Part shown: positions 26,015-33,063 of the stretch, piece by piece
Position numbering within the stretch: the stretch's first letter is position 1
Layout of the letters: every line of letters starts with the position of its first letter
Position numbers and translations under genes: made by a program
The notes under the pieces: model-generated
Database searches by the model: none
Told to the model about the DNA's origin: nothing
The model's input: only the letters and a program-made list of their open reading frames with translations
IMG/VR virus record: IMGVR_UViG_3300012971_000009
Location: 1 to 47,952 of that record
From: a virus
Taxonomy: Duplodnaviria; Caudoviricetes
DNA length: 47,952 bases
Reading direction: 5' to 3' (one strand)

Positions 26015-26539
26015 CTAGCTCGCCGGGACTTCCGCCGGGGCCTCCTCGGCGTCGAGGTACGACTTGTCGTCGGCCTTGGGGGCCTCCTCGGCGTCGTTGG
26101 CCCGATAGGCCTGCGATCCCGAGGCGTCGTCGACGTAGGTGCCGCCGTTGGACTTGGTGATGGTGCCGTCCACGAAGGCGAAGACCAGCGAGGGGCCGAG
26201 GTCACGCACCAGCAGGCTGGCGTCGGTGAACATGGCGGTCTCGCCGTCTCGGGTGGTGCCCTCACGGGTCACGACCTCCAGGTCACCGGTGGCGATGACC
26301 CGCATGCCCTTCTTGAGGGACTTGGCGGCGTTGGCCTGGAGACCACCCTCGGCCCGGGCACGAGGGGGGAAGCAACGGCACCGGTAGAAGGTGGTGTTGC
26401 CGTCCTCCCAGTTGCCATCGGCCGACTGACGCCTGGACGTCTCGGCGATGGTGAAGGTGGTCATGGAGTTGCCCGCCTTGGTCTGGACGACCTGCGGATC
26501 GGCAGTGAGGTTGCCGACAACCGTGATGCTGGTGCTCAC
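26015..26539 (-). CDS. ssb: Single-stranded DNA-binding protein
   Basis: ITVVGNLTADP, FTIA...R....G.WEDG.TTFYRC, N.A.SLKKGMRVI.TG.L, acidic tail; AAGGAGG SD, GTG start. Confidence 0.93.
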   Translation of the reverse strand: MSTSITVVGNLTADPQVVQTKAGNSMTTFTIAETSRRQSADGNWEDGNTTFYRCRCFPPRARAEGGLQANAAKSLKKGMRVIATGDLEVVTREGTTRDGETAMFTDASLLVRDLGPSLVFAFVDGTITKSNGGTYVDDASGSQAYRANDAEEAPKADDKSYLDAEEAPAEVPAS

Positions 26540-26585
26540 AAGGAGCCTCCTTTGTGTTGCTTCGCCCCTCCGTCGGGGCCAGCTG

Positions 26586-26637
26586 TGGTGGCGGCAGGAC
26601 TCGAACCTGCTCCTGGTCGTACCCACGGGTCGCCACC
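26586..26637 (-). ncRNA. tRNA-like mini-element (acceptor stem plus T-arm, no anticodon arm)
   Basis: GGTGGCG-N20-GCAGG TTCGAGT CCTGC-CGCCACC-A. Confidence 0.6.
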
Positions 26638-26760
26638 GGGTCGCTCACGAACGACCGTTTGCACTTCATCACCGCCCGCCTTGCCTGCTCTCCCTACGCT
26701 CATGAGCACGTAGGGGATACGCGGGGACAACCTTCGTCTGTTTCGGTGATTCCTCGGGCA

Positions 26761-26880
26761 TCAGAACGGCTCGTTGGCTTTCAGGCCGTTCATGATGTCC
26801 CAGAACTCCTTGAGTTGTTCCTCTGTCGGCTCCAACTCGATGATGATCACTCCATCATCTTGATCTTCCTTCTTCGCCAT
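26761..26880 (-). CDS. Small acidic protein (39 aa)
   Basis: AGGAG SD; MAKKEDQDDGVIIIELEP... Confidence 0.55.
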   Translation of the reverse strand: MAKKEDQDDGVIIIELEPTEEQLKEFWDIMNGLKANEPF

Positions 26881-27056
26881 CTTCTCCTGCCTCCTCCCTG
26901 TCTTATGCCTGGGTCTTTCCACCCTCTGGCGTCGATCTCGTCGATCCATCGGTCATGGAGCGGACCCATTCCGGCATCTTCGGCTTCTTGGCAAAGTGCC
27001 ACTCTGATTCCCTGTTCGGTGATGGTGATGCTCCCGAACAGTCTCGGATCGTGCAT
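26847..27056 (-). CDS. Hypothetical protein (69 aa)
   Basis: AAGGAGAGAG RBS; MHDPRLFGSITIT... Confidence 0.5.
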   Translation of the reverse strand: MHDPRLFGSITITEQGIRVALCQEAEDAGMGPLHDRWIDEIDARGWKDPGIRQGGGRRRWRRRKIKMME

Positions 27057-27158
27057 CTCTCTCCTTTCGTGGCCATCACGCCACGTTTCATCTGAACCTC
27101 TCCAACCCCTGGCCCCGGCCCCCACCGCGGGGGGAGAGACCCCGCGGCGGGAGCGATC

Positions 27159-27203
27159 AAAAGGGGGGGAGGCGCACCAGCTTGCGCTGGCACGCCTCCC
27201 TCC
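27159..27203 (-). terminator. Intrinsic terminator
   Basis: GGGAGGCG..CCAGC GCAA GCTGG..CGCCTCCC followed by TTTT, directly after the stop at 27209. Confidence 0.65.
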
Positions 27204-27208
27204 GAGTC

Positions 27209-28147
27209 CTACAGTGTGTAGTCCTGGATCTCCTCGGGCGTTGGCTTGCGAGGCGCCTGCACCTCCGGTGCATACTCCTCGCTCGATGCCGCCCGCCTCG
27301 CCCTCAAGCACGCTCGTACCTCCTCGATCTCGGTCATGCATTCGGAGATCGAGGTGTACAGCTTGCGGCGCTTGAGGTCGTTCGCCCAGGTCTTGGGTTG
27401 ACCGGTCTGGGTGTCGGTGTGGGGACACGTGATCACCAGCACGGCGGTGATCCGCTGCCCCCACCACGCCAGCAGACAGTTGATCATGCCCTGGACGCCG
27501 CCTGGTCGGCAGTAGGTCTGCGCCCAGGCGGTGGCCGCTTCGTAGCGGTCCTTGTCGTGGTGGTCGGGCAGCTTCAACCAGATGAACTGCTCGACACCAG
27601 CAGCACCACGACCGTCACTGGAGTCGGAGTCCCAATCCGACGCCAGTTGGTAGCGGCGCTGCTTCCACGCCCGGCGGTGCTCGGGGCAATCTTGCCCCCA
27701 CGGCACCAGCCGGTTGCACATGGAGCACTCCCACACCCCGAGGATGTTCATGAGCGCCCACTGCTGAGGCGTGGGGCGCTCTTCCACCTCGGGGTGGCCG
27801 AGGATCTTCATGTCCAACTCCAGCCGTTGCAGCACGGCGGTCCACTCCAGCTCGGCTGCTTCCAGCCGAGTGGTGAGGACCTGTGCCCGGTTGTCCTCGT
27901 GCACGTTGCGCTCCGAGTTCACATACGTGATCTCGTCGCCGTCGTGCACGTAGGTGGACGAGTCCGTGGGAGGCAATGACTCCTCCTCACGGATGAGGTC
28001 CAACCAGTCCTCGTGCGGATCCCAGTTGCGATCTCGCCCTCGGATGATCATCGAGCCGACTTCGTCCCCGAAGTGCTCGATGATCTCGTCTTCGGGGTCA
28101 CCGATGTCGTCGGGTACCCCGTTGTCTCCTGCACTGGCGTGACTCAT
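27209..28147 (-). CDS. Hypothetical protein (312 aa) with CxxC...CxxH motif
   Basis: CSMC...CPEH; acidic N-terminus; AGAGAGAGGAG RBS. Confidence 0.75.
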   Translation of the reverse strand: MSHASAGDNGVPDDIGDPEDEIIEHFGDEVGSMIIRGRDRNWDPHEDWLDLIREEESLPPTDSSTYVHDGDEITYVNSERNVHEDNRAQVLTTRLEAAELEWTAVLQRLELDMKILGHPEVEERPTPQQWALMNILGVWECSMCNRLVPWGQDCPEHRRAWKQRRYQLASDWDSDSSDGRGAAGVEQFIWLKLPDHHDKDRYEAATAWAQTYCRPGGVQGMINCLLAWWGQRITAVLVITCPHTDTQTGQPKTWANDLKRRKLYTSISECMTEIEEVRACLRARRAASSEEYAPEVQAPRKPTPEEIQDYTL

Positions 28148-28176
28148 TTCGCTCTCCTCTCTCTGAGTCACTTGTC

Positions 28177-28371
28177 TTACCTTTCTTCTCTCTCATCCTC
28201 ACGGTGAGGAATCGAGCACCAGGACCCGTCCGGTAACAGCACGTACGTGCTGCGCGGGGTGAATCGCGGGCCGGGGTGTTCGTAGCGCCAGGCGCACACG
28301 CCCAAGCGCTCCAACTCGGGCACGGTGACCAGCACCATGCCCGAGAACTGCGACTTGCGGATAGCGGCCAT
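28177..28371 (-). CDS. Hypothetical protein (64 aa)
   Basis: GAGGAGG SD. Confidence 0.55.
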   Translation of the reverse strand: MAAIRKSQFSGMVLVTVPELERLGVCAWRYEHPGPRFTPRSTYVLLPDGSWCSIPHREDEREER

Positions 28372-28372
28372 G

Positions 28373-28492
28373 TCAGGCCTCCTCGGTGATGTAGAGGGAT
28401 GCGAGGTGGATCTGCATGAGCGCCATCACCTGAGGCCCGCTGAGCGGGCACTCGGTGAACTGCTCAAGCAGCCAGATGGTGGAAAACAGCAT
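28373..28492 (-). CDS. Small hypothetical protein (39 aa)
   Basis: AAGGAGG SD; MLFSTIWLLEQF... Confidence 0.5.
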   Translation of the reverse strand: MLFSTIWLLEQFTECPLSGPQVMALMQIHLASLYITEEA

Positions 28493-28494
28493 GG

Positions 28495-28776
28495 TCACGC
28501 CTCCTTGTTGGCATGGTGGATGAGCACGTCTGCGTGGCACGCCTCGGGGGCGCACCAACAGACGAGGTCGCGGCCCTTGAGCGCGGGCAGCAGGCGCATG
28601 AGACGAGGTTGGCCCAAGAGCCACGCCTCGTATTGGGCGATCACGTCCTCGCGTGTGCCGTCGCGTCCGATGACGAACGGGTTACCGAAGACGCTCGGTC
28701 GTCCGACGTACACCGCGGATGCGGGCACGCCGGACTGACGCTTGTTGTATACCTTGGGCATGATGAGCGCTGTCAC
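28495..28776 (-). CDS. DUF4326 domain protein
   Basis: VYVGRPS.FGNPF...L.GRDL.CWCAP..CHADVL. Confidence 0.88.
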   Translation of the reverse strand: MTALIMPKVYNKRQSGVPASAVYVGRPSVFGNPFVIGRDGTREDVIAQYEAWLLGQPRLMRLLPALKGRDLVCWCAPEACHADVLIHHANKEA

Positions 28777-29243
28777 CAGATGTAGATCCCCGCGCCCGTC
28801 TCCAGCGGGTAACCCGCCTGACGTGCGCGCTGGATCATGTCGTTGGTACCGCGGGCGGCGCCACGTGGGAATGCGATGATCGAGACGTACTCGTGGGCCT
28901 CAAGCATTCGCTGGTTGCGCTCGAACCCCGCCCGCACGTTGTAGGTGCTGCCGTCGGGGCGCGTGCGAATGGCGCTGGGATCGGTGTTGTCGTCCACCTT
29001 CCAGATGGCCGGGTGGACCTCATCGCGCACGCCATTGCGCTTGCACCACAGAGCCGCCAACTGATCGGCACCGCGAGCGCCACCATGCACGATGACGAAC
29101 GCATCTCTGTCGCCCCAATAGTCCCACACGCGGCACAGAGCTTCGTCAACCTCCTTGTAAGCGACGCCCGCCCGAGAACCCGTCACCAGGATGTAAACCG
29201 GCTCCTCGGACGCAACAACCTCAGTCGTAACCATCTCTTCCAT
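28773..29243 (-). CDS. SLOG-family (DUF2493/YspA-like) protein
   Basis: ILVTGSR, IVHGGARGAD.LA, AG..RNQRM, AFP....GT.DMI.RA. Confidence 0.85.
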   Translation of the reverse strand: MEEMVTTEVVASEEPVYILVTGSRAGVAYKEVDEALCRVWDYWGDRDAFVIVHGGARGADQLAALWCKRNGVRDEVHPAIWKVDDNTDPSAIRTRPDGSTYNVRAGFERNQRMLEAHEYVSIIAFPRGAARGTNDMIQRARQAGYPLETGAGIYIW

Positions 29244-29250
29244 CGTTCAA

Positions 29251-29575
29251 TCTCCAATCTCTCTGGGGCGTGCGATTCACACCCGACGCTCAAGTACCAC
29301 GCCTCGTCAACCCCCGAAGAGCAGGCCCTAGTCACTCGCTCCACCGGCGCTGGAGCGTGGTTTGTGGTGACCGGAGCGAGGCCACCCAATCGGCCCCACC
29401 GACTCACCAAGCAGGCTCGTGGGCCGATGGGTAGCCGAGCGGGTGTTGTCGGTGACGGCAGCCTTGAGCCAGCCAACTACCAACCGTGCAGCGAGGGCGT
29501 GGGCCTGCGTGGGGTTGACGTGTGTGGTACGCCGAGCGCCGAGGTGTGGAGCGCACAAACCCTAGAGAGAGGAGA
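29251..29575. ncRNA. Candidate ~325-nt rod-like structured element (RNA or ssDNA)
   Basis: Nine nested helices between the two arms (see findings); no credible ORF. Confidence 0.55.
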
Positions 29576-29775
29576 TAACTCTCGGCCAGGCCCGCCGCTC
29601 GCCCAGCCGACCGTCCCCCGGGTCGCGTCGCAGGGAGGCGGGCGAGCGCTTGGCGGGCCGGGACCAACGCCAGGGTACGCACCGAGCCGCGTCGCCAGCC
29701 GCCGCCGTGGTGAACCGGCAGCAGCGGCTGGTACATCGCCACGCTAGGGCGGCGGTCCACCCGCAGTGCTTACGT

Positions 29776-29803
29776 CCTACTACTCGGAGGCCCGAGTAGT
29801 AGG
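29776..29803. promoter_or_regulatory. Perfect 12-bp inverted repeat
   Basis: CCTACTACTCGG-aggc-CCGAGTAGTAGG. Confidence 0.6.
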
Positions 29804-30208
29804 TCAGAGTCGCCAGTACTGACGTGTGTTGGCGCGTTTTCTGGATCGCCCGCGTTCCGCGTGCACCGTTTTCAGCACCGATAGCGCCCTATCGACGGCT
29901 CTGAGTGGCGCAGGGAGGTGCAGGCGTGCCCGTTTCCTCGGGATGTGTACCGCGCCCCCGGTGTATCGGAACGTCCTACCCTGCCAATATGCCGGTATGA
30001 AGACCACGGCACCTGAGCACAGCATAACACCAGGCAGACGGGTATCTACCCCCCCACCCGGCTGCCACACTCGGGTACCCGGCCGTTCTTCGCACGGCTC
30101 ACACGGTTCCTGGACATAGCTGCGCTGATTGCTTGCCCACCCGATGGGATCCCGTGGGATCACCCCGTCCGTGCGACACCGGGATCTTCCACCCGGCAGC
30201 GGATCAGT

Positions 30209-30445
30209 TCAGCGTCGGGTGGCCTCGGCCGTCGTACCAGGGCCGCATGGTAGAGCGCAGGTGGCGTGCCTCCAGTGGCGCACGCCGTCGAGACGGATCA
30301 TGGAGATCGGGTCTCCGCGAGAAATCGTTTTGCGGCACGTCACGCACCGAGTGGCGAAACGGGCCAGGGTGGTGGACGTGGGAATGGCGCCGGGGCGAAG
30401 GTCTCGGGCGGCTTGGTTGATCAGCCCCTGCTTGCGCCAGTTCAT
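30209..30445 (-). CDS. Small zinc-finger protein (CxxC...HxxC)
   Basis: ARF.TRCVTC...I.RGDPI...WRHATCA, PARP-finger-like spacing. Confidence 0.65.
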   Translation of the reverse strand: MNWRKQGLINQAARDLRPGAIPTSTTLARFATRCVTCRKTISRGDPISMIRLDGVRHWRHATCALPCGPGTTAEATRR

Positions 30446-30665
30446 ATCGAGCACGTAGACTACCCCTGGTTGTAGGAGACCGCCAGCTTACATCCCCCCA
30501 GATGTGGACGCAAGTTCCCTGGGGGGATGGAGCAGCTGCTGAGACCTGGGGTATAGTCCACGCATGGGTACCCTCGGGGCGGAAAGAACCCCACGTACAG
30601 CGGGACACGCCCCGGGATAGCGCCCCGGGGCGTGTCTGCGCCTCGGGCAGATTAAGGGAGGAACC

Positions 30666-30866
30666 ATGGCCGAGAAAACTGCCCAAGCCACCGAGGAAGC
30701 ACCGCCTCCGGCACCCGAGGCACCTCCGGAGCCGACCCCCGAAGAGGACCAGGCCACGGTGGTCGACTTCGCCCTGCGCCAGGGCAATGCCACCGAGGAG
30801 GTCAAGGCGGCTGCCAACCGCCTCGTGGCCAAGGCTGCCGAGAAGGCTGACGCCAAGAAGGGCTGA
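30666..30866 (+). CDS. Hypothetical protein (66 aa)
   Basis: GGGAGGA SD; first rightward gene. Confidence 0.7.
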   Translation: MAEKTAQATEEAPPPAPEAPPEPTPEEDQATVVDFALRQGNATEEVKAAANRLVAKAAEKADAKKG

Positions 30867-31057
30867 TGGCCACCGGCAAGAAGAACTGGATGGCCAGTGC
30901 CGTCAAGCGCCCCGGCGCCCTGACACAGAAAGCGAAGGCGGCCGGGGCCTATCACAACGGCAAGATCGACGCCTCCTTCCTCCAGCCGAAGAAGGGCGAC
31001 TCCACGCGCACCAAACGCCAGAAGGCCCTGGCCCGGACCTTCAGGAAGAGCCGATGA
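30866..31057 (+). CDS. Small basic protein (KNW...AVKRPGAL...LARTF type)
   Basis: TGATG coupling; Lys/Arg-rich motif of a type seen near phage head genes. Confidence 0.75.
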   Translation: MATGKKNWMASAVKRPGALTQKAKAAGAYHNGKIDASFLQPKKGDSTRTKRQKALARTFRKSR

Positions 31058-31155
31058 CAGGATTCCTGGACAATGTGTCCGTCGGTGATGTCCTGCTCCT
31101 GCTGCTCATCCTGCTGGCCATCATCTGCGCCGTCATCTTCATCGCCCGCCGCTGA
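31054..31155 (+). CDS. Single-TM microprotein (33 aa)
   Basis: ATGA overlap; MTGFLDNVSVGDVLLLLLILLAIICAVIFIARR. Confidence 0.65.
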   Translation: MTGFLDNVSVGDVLLLLLILLAIICAVIFIARR

Positions 31156-31239
31156 GCGGGCTGCACGTTCTCGGGTACGTCGTGATCACGGGGCTAGCGC
31201 TAGCGGTGGCGCTGGCTGTCATAGCGGCCCGGACCCGTG

Positions 31240-31290
31240 GTCAGGGCTAGGCTCGGTTCTCATCCTCTCTCTCCCGAGCCTGGTCCTGGC
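31240..31290 (+). promoter_or_regulatory. 17-bp stem / 17-nt pyrimidine-rich loop hairpin abutting the terminase start
   Basis: GTCAGGGCTAGGCTCGG-TTCTCATCCTCTCTCTC-CCGAGCCTGGTCCTGGC; three G-U pairs on the + strand. Confidence 0.7.
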
Positions 31291-31292
31291 GA

Positions 31293-33056
31293 ATGAGTAA
31301 GTTCAACGACATGCGCCGGGAGGCATCCCTGCGCAAGCGCAAGGCCTTCGTCGAGCTGATGCGCACCGGGTCGTCCATCAAGGAGGCGTGCACCGAGGTC
31401 GGCATCAGCCGCTCCAACTATGAGTTCTGGCGCACCTCGGACAAGCGCTTCGTCGGGGCCGTGGACCGTGCCCGGCTGGAGTGGCTGACCTCCATCGGCA
31501 TGACGCTGCCCGACCGGCCCGTAAGTGCAGGCTTCGACTTCGCGGCGGAGCGCCTGTACTGGTTCGGTCACGAGTCGCCGTGGTTCCAGCTGGAGATCAT
31601 CTCCGCCATCGAGCACCTCCCTCCCGGCCACATCCTGTTGGTCCTGCTCCCTCCCGGCCACGGCAAGACCACCCTCTACGAAGACTTCGTCACGCTCCGC
31701 CTCGGCCACAACCCTTCTCTGCGAAATCATGTCGGCTCCGAGTCACAGAGCCTGTCCAAGAAGATCCTGCACAGAGTGCGGTCGAGGCTGGACCCCATCC
31801 CCGGGTGGACCAAGATGGAGGAGTTCGTCATGGCCTACGGGCCGTTCGCTCCTCCCAAAGACGAGACCCGCCGCCAGGGCCAGGCCTGGACCGGGACCCA
31901 CTTCGACATCTGGCGCAAGCGGGAGTTCGACGAGCGGGACTTCTCCATGGCGGCGTTGGGCTTCGGCTCCCAGATCATCGGCAGTAGATCCGACCACCTC
32001 CACGTGGACGACGTGCAGTCCATGAAGACGCTGGCCCAGACCGAGTCCTACGTGGACCAGTTCACCCAGGACTGGCTCAGTAGGCCGCTCGATCAGGGCA
32101 TCACCGACATCATGGGCAACCGCATCGACGAGGGCGACTTCTACGAGGGCGTGATGGACTCCATCCCCTCCGACATCCTCCACGTGATCCGCTACCCGGC
32201 CCTGTACGACTACGGCACCCCGCAAAGCCCCGATGTGCGACCGCTGTGGGAGGAGCGCTTCAGTGCCGAGGGCATCGAGCAGATGCGGGCCAAGGTGGGC
32301 GATGTGCGCTTCGCCCGGAACTGGCAGCAACGGCCCCGGGCCGTGCGCATGAAGACCTTCGACGAGGACACCGTCACCAAGACTTTCCTACCCTTGCGCT
32401 CCCTGGGCACGGTGCAGGAAGGCAAGGCCCACGTGGTCGGCCTCGACCCCGGCTTCGGCACCTCGGCAATCGCAGCCTGTCAGCTCGACGACAACGGCAT
32501 GACCGTCACGCAGCTGCGCGAGGACCGAGGGTTCTACAACAACGAGCAGGTGCTCAACGCCGTGCGTGACGTAATGGCCGACATCGTGCGCCGGGGCGGC
32601 ATCGTCACCGATCTGGTCATCGAATCCAACGCCTACCAGAAGGGTCTGATGCGCGATCCCCAGACCCTACGCCTCCAGGACCACTACGGCTGTGCCATAA
32701 GACCACATCAGACCAGCGGGGACCGCAACGACGAGAACATCGGCATCCCCTCCATGGTCCACACCATGAACCGGGGCGAGCTGCACATCCCCTACGCCGA
32801 TGACGACCACACCCGGTTCTGGGTCGACGAGCTGAAGGCCCAGCTGCTGGCGTGGAAGCCCAAGGTCCCCGGCTCGCGGTTGAGGATGGACCTGCTCATG
32901 GCGCTGTACTTCTGCTGGGTGCTGTGGCGTAATCGGGGCGGTGTGTTCACCCCTTCGCCCATGGACTGGACCACCGCCAACAAGTCCCCCTACAACTCGG
33001 GGCGGGGCCTGGTCCTTCCCCGTGGTTACAATCCCGTCCTAACGCGCTCACGGTGA
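31293..33056 (+). CDS. terL: Terminase large subunit with N-terminal HTH extension
   Basis: Walker A PPGHGKT, G.R.D..HVDD Walker B, coupling MGNR, YPA..LWEERFS, nuclease VGLDPG, IESNAYQ. Confidence 0.9.
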   Translation: MSKFNDMRREASLRKRKAFVELMRTGSSIKEACTEVGISRSNYEFWRTSDKRFVGAVDRARLEWLTSIGMTLPDRPVSAGFDFAAERLYWFGHESPWFQLEIISAIEHLPPGHILLVLLPPGHGKTTLYEDFVTLRLGHNPSLRNHVGSESQSLSKKILHRVRSRLDPIPGWTKMEEFVMAYGPFAPPKDETRRQGQAWTGTHFDIWRKREFDERDFSMAALGFGSQIIGSRSDHLHVDDVQSMKTLAQTESYVDQFTQDWLSRPLDQGITDIMGNRIDEGDFYEGVMDSIPSDILHVIRYPALYDYGTPQSPDVRPLWEERFSAEGIEQMRAKVGDVRFARNWQQRPRAVRMKTFDEDTVTKTFLPLRSLGTVQEGKAHVVGLDPGFGTSAIAACQLDDNGMTVTQLREDRGFYNNEQVLNAVRDVMADIVRRGGIVTDLVIESNAYQKGLMRDPQTLRLQDHYGCAIRPHQTSGDRNDENIGIPSMVHTMNRGELHIPYADDDHTRFWVDELKAQLLAWKPKVPGSRLRMDLLMALYFCWVLWRNRGGVFTPSPMDWTTANKSPYNSGRGLVLPRGYNPVLTRSR

Positions 33057-33063
33057 GGTCCGG

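Noticed and set aside
26540-26637. HDV-like/theta ribozyme next to the tRNA-like element (GCGAA after a hairpin)
   Set aside because: No complementary P2 strand or P1.1 geometry could be assembled by eye.
26586-26680. Canonical tRNA, tmRNA or attP core
   Set aside because: No anticodon arm or tag reading frame; using the ACCA as the 3' end leaves only a 4-bp acceptor stem; no integrase in the genome.
29804-30163. ORFs in the 29.8-30.2 kb gap
   Set aside because: No SD, atypical codon usage and no motifs; treated as non-coding.
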